Shown: piece by piece, positions 36,994-46,407 of the stretch
Layout of the letters: the number at the start of each line of letters is the position of its first letter
Position numbering within the stretch: the first letter of the stretch is position 1
Assembly: GCA_947454395.1 (NCBI GenBank)
Contig: CANGLG010000001.1
Span: 1 to 59,607, forward strand
DNA length: 59,607 nt
Direction: 5' to 3'
Source: Flavobacteriales bacterium
GTDB taxonomy: Bacteria; Bacteroidota; Bacteroidia; Flavobacteriales_D; Crocinitomicaceae
Translations under genes and position numbers: made by a program
Notes under the pieces: generated by a model
Databases searched by the model: none
The model's input: the letters and a program-made list of their open reading frames with translations, nothing else
Told to the model about the DNA's origin: nothing

Positions 36994-37334
36994 TGGCCTG
37001 GACAAACTTATCATCCATTCGACAATTGCAAAAATCTTTAAATAATAGTGTAGTTCGTCCTCAACTCTATTTCAAACACAGTACCCGTTGTGGAATCTCA
37101 AAAATGGCTCTAAAAGAATTTGAGAAGTCAGGTGTTTTAACTCATTCAACAGCAGATTTTTTTCTACTTGACTTATTAAATTACAGAGAAATTTCAAATG
37201 AAATATCAGCTATTTCACGAGTTGAACATCAATCACCTCAGGTTGTTGTAATTCACCATAATGAAGTGATTTATTCTGAATCACACGGAACAATTGACGG
37301 AGAGAAGATAGTTAATATTCTAGAAAATTTATAA
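36993..37334 (+). CDS. ytxJ: YtxJ-type monothiol thioredoxin-like protein (bacillithiol system)
   Basis: YFKHSTRCGIS single-Cys motif and VEHQSPQVVVI. About 110 aa. TAATG junctions on both sides. Confidence 0.75.
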   Translation: MAWTNLSSIRQLQKSLNNSVVRPQLYFKHSTRCGISKMALKEFEKSGVLTHSTADFFLLDLLNYREISNEISAISRVEHQSPQVVVIHHNEVIYSESHGTIDGEKIVNILENL

Positions 37335-38404
37335 TGAAAAAAGCATTCATAATTCTGATTATTGTAGGTTTACTTGCAGCACTTGTTTTGCCTTTGTTAA
37401 ATAAAGGGAATAATGATTCCGAAGTTGCTTTTTCTTTTTCATTCAATGACAATGTAGCTATTGAAATTGGGAAAGTGATACCACTTACTTTTGAAGTGAC
37501 GGGTGATTTAAAATCAATTAGTCTTGAAATCAATGGTGAAAATGTCCGAACATGGAAAAATCCAGCTGGAAAAATTGATTATAAATTGAATACGAATGAT
37601 TACCATGTTGGTTCGTTTACAATCGAATTAATTGGAATTAGCCCTGATGGCATGACTCAAAACGAACAGCGTTTACTAAGAATTCTATCGGATGTTAAAC
37701 CTGAAAAATGGTCAGCAAAAATTAATGGTGAATTTCCACACCTAGAAACTAACTTTACTCAAGGACTAGAATTTGATAACGGAACTCTTTATGAAGGAAC
37801 TGGCGACCCAAATCAAAACGGACAAACATTAATTGCTGAAGTTAATTTAAATACGGGAGCGATAAAGCGAAAAATGGGATTAGATGCTTCTCATTTCGGA
37901 GAGGGAATCTCTATTTTCGGAGATGAGCTTTTTCAACTTACATGGAAAAATCAAAAATGTTTAGTTTACAATAAAAAAACTTTTGAAGTAGTTCGTGAAT
38001 TCTCCTATTCTGGAGAAGGTTGGGGATTATGTCACGACGATAAAAATTTAATTATGTCGGATGGTTCAGAGCGAGTTTATTTCAGAGATCCAAAAACTTT
38101 TGAAATAACGAAAACTATTGAAGCATACACAGACCAGGGCCCTGTAGCCTACTTAAATGAATTGGAATTCATTGATGGTTTGATTTATGCAAACATTTGG
38201 ACTACGAATAACATCGCTGTGATTTCAGCTGAAACGGGAAAAGTAGTTGCGATTATTGACGCTACAGAATTGGTCAAAGAAGGAAAAGGAAATGGTGAAG
38301 TATTAAATGGTATTGCGTATAATAAATTGAATAAAAAGCTTTACATGACAGGAAAGTACTGGCCTAAGTTATTTGAAGTAACTATAAATAAAAAAGCAGC
38401 TTAG
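37334..38404 (+). CDS. glutaminyl-peptide cyclotransferase (beta-propeller, plant/bacterial type) with an N-terminal extra domain
   Basis: N-terminal signal/anchor and an Ig-like domain of about 110 aa. Then FTQGLEFDNGTLYEGTG, ...FGEGISIFGDELFQLTWKN, EGWGLCHDD, LNELEFIDGLIYANIW, LNGIAYN...LYMTGKYWPKLFEV. Confidence 0.8.
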   Translation: MKKAFIILIIVGLLAALVLPLLNKGNNDSEVAFSFSFNDNVAIEIGKVIPLTFEVTGDLKSISLEINGENVRTWKNPAGKIDYKLNTNDYHVGSFTIELIGISPDGMTQNEQRLLRILSDVKPEKWSAKINGEFPHLETNFTQGLEFDNGTLYEGTGDPNQNGQTLIAEVNLNTGAIKRKMGLDASHFGEGISIFGDELFQLTWKNQKCLVYNKKTFEVVREFSYSGEGWGLCHDDKNLIMSDGSERVYFRDPKTFEITKTIEAYTDQGPVAYLNELEFIDGLIYANIWTTNNIAVISAETGKVVAIIDATELVKEGKGNGEVLNGIAYNKLNKKLYMTGKYWPKLFEVTINKKAA

Positions 38405-38416
38405 TTTGCTCAAGAT

Positions 38417-39298
38417 CTAAAAATAAAAAGGTTTAAAACCTAATTTTTCATTTGAAAAATAAAGCGCAGGGAACGGAATTTTTAAAGTGTTTATTTGCTT
38501 AAATAACATTTTTAAAAATGGTCTTTGCACTTTTATTTGAGTGAAATCGATATCCATTGAAAACAAATACTCTCGTCTTGCTGTGTTATTTTGATATATT
38601 TCCGAACTACCAACAATTTTAGCATCAGCGCTATAGCCAAGGCTCAAACATAGCCATTTTGGAAATTGATTTTGTCCGAAATTTCCGGGAGAGAAACTTA
38701 GCCAATAGGTTTGACCATTGTAATCCTTTAATAGTTGTTCAGCGAAACTTTCGCCAAGAATTTCTGGCCTTAATGCTGCGTATTTTGTCGTGTGAAAAGA
38801 AAATTTTGGCAGAAATATCTGTCTGGAAAAAAGCATGTCTTGCCCCACATAAACAGCAGTGCCTCCTAAATTAGCAGACAAATCCCAAATCGAGAATCCC
38901 CAATCTTTTGAAAACCCATCCATCATTTCTAAGCACGCCAAATAACTGAATCCAATACTGCTTCCAATAATGTTAGCTTTGTTTTTTGAGACTCCTGCGT
39001 ATTTGTAAAGTCCTGAAAGCTCTCTTGCTATATGATAACTCGTATAAAAATGCCCCGCTTTATCCATTTGTAACCAGTTCTTGCCATCATTAAAAAAATG
39101 AAAATCTTTTTGATAACTGTCTTTATACCAAACCTGTTGTAATCCAATAATGCTTCCTGTATAACCAACTCCTATAATTGTGCTTGAATAATTTATTCGT
39201 TTGTGATTAACAGAATCGGACTTTTTCCAGAATTGATCATTCTTTTGAGCAAGGACCAAATGTGAAAACAATAAAAAAAGAGAAAATAATTTATTCAC
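38417..39298 (-). CDS. DUF2279 (YfiM-like) domain-containing secreted protein
   Basis: GTG start. Signal peptide ...SHLVLA|QKND. MDKAGHFYTSYHIA and FSKDWGFSIWDLSANLGGTA resemble the DKxxH...D..aN..G pattern of YfiM/DUF2279. Confidence 0.55.
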   Translation of the reverse strand: MNKLFSLFLLFSHLVLAQKNDQFWKKSDSVNHKRINYSSTIIGVGYTGSIIGLQQVWYKDSYQKDFHFFNDGKNWLQMDKAGHFYTSYHIARELSGLYKYAGVSKNKANIIGSSIGFSYLACLEMMDGFSKDWGFSIWDLSANLGGTAVYVGQDMLFSRQIFLPKFSFHTTKYAALRPEILGESFAEQLLKDYNGQTYWLSFSPGNFGQNQFPKWLCLSLGYSADAKIVGSSEIYQNNTARREYLFSMDIDFTQIKVQRPFLKMLFKQINTLKIPFPALYFSNEKLGFKPFYF

Positions 39299-39353
39299 TA
39301 TCCGAAGTTAGAGAATAATCATAAAATAAATGCGTTTAAATGTAATCAAATCA

Positions 39354-39361
39354 TATATTTG
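39354..39361 (+). promoter_or_regulatory. putative -7 box TATATTTG upstream of the LOG-family gene
   Basis: 17 nt before the ATG at 39379. Confidence 0.4.
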
Positions 39362-39378
39362 ATTTTTAAAAACACCAA

Positions 39379-40062
39379 ATGGAACAAATCAGAAAAGATT
39401 GGAATGAGATAAAAAGCAACGACAGCTGGTCGATTTTTAAAATTATGTCTGAATTTGTTGAGGCATATGATAGAATGGCAAAAATTGGGCCTTGTGTTTC
39501 AATTTTTGGGTCAGCAAGAACAACACAAAGCAATCCGTATTATAAACTTGGGATAGAAATTGCTGAAAAACTTGCAAAGCTCGGTTATGGTATCATTTCT
39601 GGTGGAGGACCCGGCATTATGGAAGCGGCCAATTGTGGGGCTCAAAAAGGAAATGGACCATCAGTTGGATTGAACATTGACTTACCTTTTGAACAAAACC
39701 ACAACCCCTTTATTGATCCGGAACACAACCTTGAATTTGACTATTTTTTTGTTAGAAAAGTAATTTTTGTGAAATACTCACAAGCATTTGTCATTTTACC
39801 AGGTGGATTTGGAACATTGGATGAATTATTCGAGGCGATTACTTTAATACAAACAAAAAAAATTACCAGACGCCCGGTTGTTTTAGTTGGAAAAGCATAT
39901 TGGTCAGGTTTGACAATGTGGATTGAAGAAATCATGCTAAACGAAGAAAAAAATATTTCACCAAACGACCTGAATCTATTTAAATTAGTTGATACTGCTG
40001 ATGAAGCAATAACTCATATTGAAGATTTTTATCGCTCACATTCTTTATCTCCAAATTTCTGA
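39379..40062 (+). CDS. TIGR00730/LOG family Rossmann-fold nucleotide-binding protein
   Basis: SGGGPGIMEAAN and LPGGFGTLDELFE motifs. Confidence 0.9.
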   Translation: MEQIRKDWNEIKSNDSWSIFKIMSEFVEAYDRMAKIGPCVSIFGSARTTQSNPYYKLGIEIAEKLAKLGYGIISGGGPGIMEAANCGAQKGNGPSVGLNIDLPFEQNHNPFIDPEHNLEFDYFFVRKVIFVKYSQAFVILPGGFGTLDELFEAITLIQTKKITRRPVVLVGKAYWSGLTMWIEEIMLNEEKNISPNDLNLFKLVDTADEAITHIEDFYRSHSLSPNF

Positions 40063-40078
40063 TTCTTGTTCATTTGAT

Positions 40079-40086
40079 TATCTTTG
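40079..40086 (+). promoter_or_regulatory. putative -7 box TATCTTTG upstream of the PASTA gene
   Basis: 18 nt before the GTG at 40105. Confidence 0.4.
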
Positions 40087-40104
40087 CTAAACAAACGGAA
40101 CTAA

Positions 40105-40914
40105 GTGATACAAAAAATTAAAGGTTTCATATTATCTAAACACTTTCTGAAGCATTTTGGAATGGTTGTTTTGTTTTATTTGGTAATTGTTTTTGGGACG
40201 ATTCTTTATCTCGATTTTTCAACGAATCATGGAGAAAAAATTGAGGTTCCGAATCTAGTTGGATTAAACGGGGAAGATGCAAAACAAAAAATTGAAGATC
40301 TTGGTCTTGAATATCAAATTGTAGATAGTATTTATGACCCAAAAGCTCCGGAAGGAACTGTAGTTGAACAATTGGTTGAACCAACTTCTTTATCGAAAGT
40401 TTTTGTTAAATCAGGTCGTGTAATTGGTCTTAGATTAACAAAAAGATCTCAAATGATTGAAATGCCTGGCTTAGTGAATAAACAAATCCAGTTTGCGGAA
40501 AGTATTCTTGAGCAACGTGGTTTACGGTTTATAATTCAGTATAGACCGACAAATGAAGCCAATGGGTCTGTTTTAGACCAGTTGTATAAAGGTAAAAGAG
40601 TTAAAGAAGGTGATCGAATTCCAATGGGAGCCGTAATCACCTTAATTGTTGGTCAAAATGATCTTGGAGAGCCTATTGAGTTGATGAATTTTGTTGGAAT
40701 GACTATGGATGAAGCAAAATATGTTTTGGATACCTTAGGAGCATCTTCTTACAATTTCGTGTGTCCAGACTGTATAACGCATGAGGACTCTGTTGTTGCA
40801 CGAATTTTCAGCCAAACCCCGGAATTTATAGAAGGGAATACTGTATTTAAATCCACTCAGTTTACTTTCTCAATGAAAATCGGTTTCGATTCTGAAATAG
40901 AACTTCCAGAGTAA
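40105..40914 (+). CDS. stand-alone PASTA domain-containing membrane-anchored protein
   Basis: N-terminal TM helix, then three PASTA-like modules: VPNLVGLNGEDAKQKIEDLGL, MPGLVNKQIQFAESILEQRGL and LMNFVGMTMDEAKYVLDTLG. The GTG start lies 18 nt after a TATCTTTG box. Confidence 0.8.
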   Translation: MIQKIKGFILSKHFLKHFGMVVLFYLVIVFGTILYLDFSTNHGEKIEVPNLVGLNGEDAKQKIEDLGLEYQIVDSIYDPKAPEGTVVEQLVEPTSLSKVFVKSGRVIGLRLTKRSQMIEMPGLVNKQIQFAESILEQRGLRFIIQYRPTNEANGSVLDQLYKGKRVKEGDRIPMGAVITLIVGQNDLGEPIELMNFVGMTMDEAKYVLDTLGASSYNFVCPDCITHEDSVVARIFSQTPEFIEGNTVFKSTQFTFSMKIGFDSEIELPE

Positions 40915-40916
40915 TC

Positions 40917-43118
40917 ATGAAACATTATTTCAGCATTTTAATTTTAATTGCCGGATTTGCAAATGCTCAAACCTTAGAGATCGGTCCGTTGACGAGAAAT
41001 ACAACGCTAAAGTCCAAGTCTTTTGAGAAATCAAATTCAAATCTAGACAGTTCGTTTATATTTACTTCAGATACTTTGTCGTTGCCTTTCTTTGATGACT
41101 TCTCCACGAATAAATTTCAAGAATACCAAGGGAATTATTCCGCACCTGGTGTAACAAATGAATTGTTTTTTAAATTATTGGAGCCTGCAACATTAACTCC
41201 ATTTCCGACAAATACATTTTTCACAAATCAATTGACATTCAGACGGAAATTTGATTTAATAAATAATACGTTTTCGGACTCAATATTTGCTCCGACACTG
41301 GTGAAAATCGCTGATTTTACAAGCTATCCTATTCAGTATCAAACGATTGATGCATACCCACCCTATTACATTTATGATACCATTGGAATTTCAGATATAC
41401 CTGATACTGTTTGGTTAGAAAATCCTTCCTATTTTCAAGACTCAGTTCGAATTTTTTTCATGCCAATCAATGACGCTGGAAAATTATGGACAGACTCTTA
41501 TGCTTATCATAACTATAGATATGCATTGAATCCGAGATCCCTTGGCGTAGTTACTTTTGATGGATTAGATGAAAATGGATATCCTTATCAAATTAATACC
41601 GCTATTACAAATTATGCTGACAGACTTACCTCAAAACCTTTGGATTTAAGTGGATTCAGCGGTGCAGATTCTATTTATTTTAGTTTTTTATATCAACCAG
41701 AAGGTCTCGGAGATATTCCAGAACAAAATGATTCTTTAATTCTTGAATTTTACGCTAAAGATTTAGACCAATGGTATAGAGTTTGGAGCGTTAATGGGGA
41801 CACAGTTTATCCATTTAAAGCTGCACACTTAAAATTGAGTGATAGCAAATTCTTAAAAAAAGGATTTCAGTTTAGATTTAGAAATTATGGATCTATGGCT
41901 GGAGCTTTGGATAATTTTCATATCGATTATGTTCATCTTAGAACCCTTTCTGCCTATGATGATACTTTATTTAAAGACTTCGCTTTTGTATACCCTTTAA
42001 ATTCTTTACTTAAAACGTATACTTCTGTTCCTTGGGATCATTATAAAAATTCTAATGTAAATCATCTGTCTGACTCACTATTAGTAAAGGTTCATAATGG
42101 TAGTCCAAATCCTGAAAATTACCAAAATGGGAATGTGAGTTTTTCATACAATGGTATTACCGAAGGATCTTTTATACTTCAAGGATTTACTTTGGCTGAG
42201 CAAAACATCAATTTTTCACCAAGAACCACACATACAAGCTATCACAACTTATCAAGTGGAGTAGAATTCGATAAAACACATAGTGGTGACGAACAGCATT
42301 TTGATGTAAATGCTAGCGTTTCTGCTCAATTTCCAAATGATCCAATAAATGACTCTACGGCTTTTACTCAACACTTTTATAACTTTTACAGTTATGATGA
42401 TGGGTCTGCAGAAGCAGCATTTGGACCAACAGGCACTCAATCCATGCTTGCAATTGCTTATGAAGCTTACGAGGCAGATTCTCTAATTGGAATTAACATG
42501 CATTTTGTTCCGTCAGTAAATGACGTTTCAGGGAAATTGTTTTTAATTTCCGTCTGGGATGATAACAATGGATCACCAGGAAATTTACTTTATGAAGATG
42601 ATGCATTTTATCCAAGAAGTCCTGTTTACACAAGCGGTCAAAGTGCATTCCACACTTATTATTTTAAAGACACTTTGAAAGTTGCCGTAGGGGAAAAATT
42701 TCACATCGGATGGCGTCAACTAGATGGAGAAAGATTTAATCTTGGTTTGGATCGAAATATTGACCATTCTGAAACTATTAAATTCAGTGTTGACGGAGGA
42801 AGTCATTGGCTTACTTCACCATTTCCTGGTAGTGCAATGATGCGACCGGTATTCTCAACAGGTTTAGATGCATCATTGGAAATTTCTGAAACCAAAACTC
42901 CACAAATTAAACTTTACCCGAATCCAACGGATGGGAAAGTTGAAATTAAATTATCAAATTCGGAAAAAATTTCAAATGTAGAAGTTTTGGATTTTGCTGG
43001 AAGAATACTGATACAAAACCAAGGTAATGAAATCAATCTATCCGAATTAAATTCAGGAATTTACTTCATTCGAATTCCAACTGTTTCAAACAAAGTTTAT
43101 AAGGTCATAAAACAATGA
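40917..43118 (+). CDS. secreted protein with a T9SS type A C-terminal sorting domain; N-terminal 650 aa uncharacterised
   Basis: Signal peptide ...IAGFANA|QTLE. C-terminus KLYPNPTDGKVEIKLSN...VEVLDFAGRILIQ...LNSGIYFIRIPT...YKVIKQ matches the Por secretion tail. Confidence 0.8.
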   Translation: MKHYFSILILIAGFANAQTLEIGPLTRNTTLKSKSFEKSNSNLDSSFIFTSDTLSLPFFDDFSTNKFQEYQGNYSAPGVTNELFFKLLEPATLTPFPTNTFFTNQLTFRRKFDLINNTFSDSIFAPTLVKIADFTSYPIQYQTIDAYPPYYIYDTIGISDIPDTVWLENPSYFQDSVRIFFMPINDAGKLWTDSYAYHNYRYALNPRSLGVVTFDGLDENGYPYQINTAITNYADRLTSKPLDLSGFSGADSIYFSFLYQPEGLGDIPEQNDSLILEFYAKDLDQWYRVWSVNGDTVYPFKAAHLKLSDSKFLKKGFQFRFRNYGSMAGALDNFHIDYVHLRTLSAYDDTLFKDFAFVYPLNSLLKTYTSVPWDHYKNSNVNHLSDSLLVKVHNGSPNPENYQNGNVSFSYNGITEGSFILQGFTLAEQNINFSPRTTHTSYHNLSSGVEFDKTHSGDEQHFDVNASVSAQFPNDPINDSTAFTQHFYNFYSYDDGSAEAAFGPTGTQSMLAIAYEAYEADSLIGINMHFVPSVNDVSGKLFLISVWDDNNGSPGNLLYEDDAFYPRSPVYTSGQSAFHTYYFKDTLKVAVGEKFHIGWRQLDGERFNLGLDRNIDHSETIKFSVDGGSHWLTSPFPGSAMMRPVFSTGLDASLEISETKTPQIKLYPNPTDGKVEIKLSNSEKISNVEVLDFAGRILIQNQGNEINLSELNSGIYFIRIPTVSNKVYKVIKQ

Positions 43119-44143
43119 GTGAAGATTTAGAATTCGATTCCGAACAGGAAGAAGAATTATTTGAACATCATCGTTTTAAAGCTGATCCCGGTCAAGTAAT
43201 GATCCGCATCGATAAATTTCTTATCGATAGAATGGCAAATACATCTAGAAATAAAATTCAGATTGCTGCTAAAAATGGGAACATCTACGTAAATGAAATA
43301 AAAGTAAAACAAAACTACCGTGTCAAACCAGGTGATGAAATTTCAATTGTTTTACCATATCCTGTTCGTGAGTTAAAGTTAATTCCCCAAAATATTCCAA
43401 TTTCTATTGTTTATGAGGATGAACATTGTCTTGTTGTCGACAAACCGGCCAACATGGTTGTGCATCCGGGCTATGGGAATTACTCAGGAACACTTGTAAA
43501 CGCTCTTGTTTATCATTTTGAAAATTTACCAAAGCCTCCAAAAGACTATTATGGTCGGCCTGGTTTGGTTCACAGAATTGATAAACATACAACAGGATTA
43601 CTTGTAATTGCAAAAACAGAAGTTGCGCTAACTGATTTGGCTTCTCAGTTTTACGATAGAACCACAAAACGTGTTTATCATGCTCTTGTATGGGGTGATT
43701 TAAAAGAAGATGGGACTGTGATTGGCAATGTAGGTAGATCTTTAAAAAACAGAAAAGTTATGGCTGTATTTCCCAATGGCGACCATGGGAAACATGCCGT
43801 AACACATTATCACGTTTTAGAAAGATTTGGTCAAGTAACTTTAATAGAATGTAAGCTAGAAACAGGAAGAACACATCAAATTCGCGTTCATATGCAATCA
43901 ATTGGTCATCCTTTATTTAATGATTTAGATTACAGTGGAAATAAAATACTGAAAGGTCCAAATAATTCAAATTATACCAAGTTCATTCAAAATTGTTTTT
44001 CACTATTACCCGGACAAGCTTTACATGCAAAATCACTTGGATTTACTCAACCTATTTCTCGTAAAATGCTGCTGTTCGATTCGGAACTACCTGAAAAATT
44101 TGAAGAGCTTATTGAACAATGGAGAAAATATTCTTCACATTAA
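43115..44143 (+). CDS. rluD: RluA family 23S rRNA pseudouridine synthase (RluD-like)
   Basis: S4-like N-terminus, HRIDKHTTGLLVIAKT catalytic motif, TGRTHQIRVH. ATGA overlap with the upstream stop. Confidence 0.9.
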   Translation: MSEDLEFDSEQEEELFEHHRFKADPGQVMIRIDKFLIDRMANTSRNKIQIAAKNGNIYVNEIKVKQNYRVKPGDEISIVLPYPVRELKLIPQNIPISIVYEDEHCLVVDKPANMVVHPGYGNYSGTLVNALVYHFENLPKPPKDYYGRPGLVHRIDKHTTGLLVIAKTEVALTDLASQFYDRTTKRVYHALVWGDLKEDGTVIGNVGRSLKNRKVMAVFPNGDHGKHAVTHYHVLERFGQVTLIECKLETGRTHQIRVHMQSIGHPLFNDLDYSGNKILKGPNNSNYTKFIQNCFSLLPGQALHAKSLGFTQPISRKMLLFDSELPEKFEELIEQWRKYSSH

Positions 44144-44154
44144 CAAATTTTATT

Positions 44155-44162
44155 TAATTTTG
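44155..44162 (+). promoter_or_regulatory. putative -7 box TAATTTTG upstream of the PorE-like gene
   Basis: 40 nt before the ATG at 44203. Confidence 0.35.
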
Positions 44163-44202
44163 TTTCCCTTGGATAAAAGTAATCTAAGTTAATTTAACCA
44201 TT

Positions 44203-46350
44203 ATGAAACACATTTTTACACTTGGTTTAATTTTAGGGGTGGTGAATTTTTCATTCTCACAACAGGGTAAACCTGAACCTAAATACTTAAAGGAAGCAAA
44301 TAAAGCTTTTGCTGCAGGAAATTATTTTGACGCTAGTACAAAATGTCAAGATGCATTCAAAAAACTTGGAACCAAAGGATCTATTAAAGATAAAGGAAGA
44401 ATGGCTTTCAAAGTTGCTGAGAGTTTCCGTCATCTTGAAAAATATGACAAGGCAAATGAGTGGTTCAGTGTATGTATAGAATTGAAATACTTTGAAGAAA
44501 AACCTGAAGTGTATTTTTACAAAGGAGAAATGCAGCGTATGCTCAATGATTATGACAATGCGATAAAGAGCTACAATGAGTTTAAAAAATTAGCTCCTAA
44601 TTCAAAAAAGAAAGAAGTAGAAGAAGCGCTTGTAGCATGTAACAAATTCAAAGATTTTGATTCAAATGACACAAAGATTGTTGTTAAATGTGAAACAAAA
44701 ATAAACACAAAGAATTTTGATATGGCACCTGCTTTTTTTGATAAAAAAGGCAAAGTAATTTATTTTGGCTCAAGTAGAGAAGAAAGTTTTGGTACTGGTA
44801 GAGATCCTATTACAGGTGAAAAATACATGGATCTTTATGTTGCTACTTACGATGAAAATGGAAACCCAACTGGTGTTAAATCTATTGACACAGAAGGAAT
44901 TATCAATACAGATGAAAATGAAGGAACTGTATGTTTTGATGCAAAAAGGAAAACAATGTTCTTTACGAGATGTCCAAATGAAGCTAAAATGGAATTGGGA
45001 TGTGACATTTGGAAAGCAGACTTAAACGGTGAAGGATTTGAGAATGTTGTTAAAATGAAACTTAAAACAAATGACACCATATCAGTGGGGCATCCTTGTA
45101 TTACAGAAGATGGTATGATGTTGATTTTTGCCTCTGATATGGAACAGAGTGGTGGTACAAAAAGTTTTGGAGCCATGGATTTGTGGTATATTACTTATGA
45201 TAAAAAGAATAAAGTTTGGGATTCTGTTCCGAAAAACATGGGCGCAGAGTTTAATACTATTGGTAATGAATTATTCCCATCAATTGGTCCTAAAGGACAG
45301 TTGTATTTTGCAAGTAATGGCTGGCCTGGAATTGGAGGAATGGATATTTTTGAAGCTGAAAGAGTTTCTCCAACCGAAAATAAATGGACCAAAGTTGTTA
45401 ATAAGGGTTACCCTTTCAATTCTCCTGGAAACGATTACGCCATGTGTGATTACGATGGGAAATCTGGATTTTTTACTTCAGAAAGAAAAGCTGGTTCAAC
45501 AATCGAATACGCTCCAGACATTTGGAGTTACTCTATTCCTCCAGATTTATATGATCTGAGAGTTATCGTATATGAAGCAGGACAGAAAAATAAAAAAATT
45601 CCTAATGCCCAAGTTGATGTAAACTGTGAAACATGTAAAGACTTAAAATGGGATGGTGTAACTAATGAAAAAGGTTCTACTGTTAAATGGGCAGATAAAG
45701 GAAAAGGTGTTAGATATATTACTATTGAAAATGATTATTTTATTAATGCCTCAAAACAAGGGTACTACGTTAATAAAAAAGGAGCTAGAATTACAACGAA
45801 AGGATTGAGTCAAAGTCAAAGCTTTATTGTTGAGATCCCACTATTACCTATTGGAGAAATCAGAACACCGGAGGTTCGTTATCCTTTAGATCAGTGGTCG
45901 TTCATTAATGATGTGACTTGTATGTCCCTTGATTCGCTTAGATTCCTTGACAGTTTGTTAACTGAGAACCCTAACATAACGATTGATCTATTCTCTCATA
46001 CTGATGCTCGTGATACGGACCTACACAACAAAGTCCTTTCTGAAAATAGAGCTAAGGCTGTTTATAAATACTTAGTTGAACAAAAAGGTATTGATCCTCG
46101 TAGAATCAGACCAATAGGTAAAGGAGAGGATGAGCCTGCAAAATGGATTGATGAAAACGGAAATGAAATAATTTTAAAGGAAGAGTATATTAATCAATTT
46201 AAAACGACAGACAAAGCTAAATTTGAGCGTTTACATCAGATTAACCGACGAACAACAGCAAAAATTACGAGTGACGATTTTGATCCTGCAACTTCAACTA
46301 TTGTTGTGGATCCAAAATGGAAAATTTTCACAACTCCTCTTCCAAGATAA
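44203..46350 (+). CDS. OmpA family peptidoglycan-binding protein with TPR, TolB-like beta-propeller and CRD domains (PorE-like architecture)
   Basis: Signal peptide ...VNFSFS|QQGK with no lipobox Cys. TPR-like helices. Repeated blade motifs (KVIYFGSSRE, KTMFFTRC, MMLIFASD, QLYFASN, SGFFTSER). LRVIVYEAGQKNKKIPNAQVDV (CRD). SHTDARDTDLHNKVLSENRAKAVYKYL...INRRT (OmpA_C). Confidence 0.75.
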   Translation: MKHIFTLGLILGVVNFSFSQQGKPEPKYLKEANKAFAAGNYFDASTKCQDAFKKLGTKGSIKDKGRMAFKVAESFRHLEKYDKANEWFSVCIELKYFEEKPEVYFYKGEMQRMLNDYDNAIKSYNEFKKLAPNSKKKEVEEALVACNKFKDFDSNDTKIVVKCETKINTKNFDMAPAFFDKKGKVIYFGSSREESFGTGRDPITGEKYMDLYVATYDENGNPTGVKSIDTEGIINTDENEGTVCFDAKRKTMFFTRCPNEAKMELGCDIWKADLNGEGFENVVKMKLKTNDTISVGHPCITEDGMMLIFASDMEQSGGTKSFGAMDLWYITYDKKNKVWDSVPKNMGAEFNTIGNELFPSIGPKGQLYFASNGWPGIGGMDIFEAERVSPTENKWTKVVNKGYPFNSPGNDYAMCDYDGKSGFFTSERKAGSTIEYAPDIWSYSIPPDLYDLRVIVYEAGQKNKKIPNAQVDVNCETCKDLKWDGVTNEKGSTVKWADKGKGVRYITIENDYFINASKQGYYVNKKGARITTKGLSQSQSFIVEIPLLPIGEIRTPEVRYPLDQWSFINDVTCMSLDSLRFLDSLLTENPNITIDLFSHTDARDTDLHNKVLSENRAKAVYKYLVEQKGIDPRRIRPIGKGEDEPAKWIDENGNEIILKEEYINQFKTTDKAKFERLHQINRRTTAKITSDDFDPATSTIVVDPKWKIFTTPLPR

Positions 46351-46354
46351 TTTG

Positions 46355-46384
46355 AAAGCGTTCTACACAGAACGCTTTTTTTTT
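46355..46384 (+). terminator. rho-independent terminator
   Basis: AAAGCGTTCT-ACAC-AGAACGCTTT perfect 10-bp stem followed by a T-run to 46384. Confidence 0.85.
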
Positions 46385-46407
46385 GTATATTCATTAGTAT
46401 TTCTACT

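Noticed and set aside
45128-45559. A 143-aa same-strand alternative-frame ORF inside the PorE-like gene. This is long for an AT-rich genome.
   Set aside because: It has no promoter box or start context. The main frame carries clear beta-propeller blade motifs through this region. Its composition (L/I/K-rich with no motifs) looks like an off-frame artefact.
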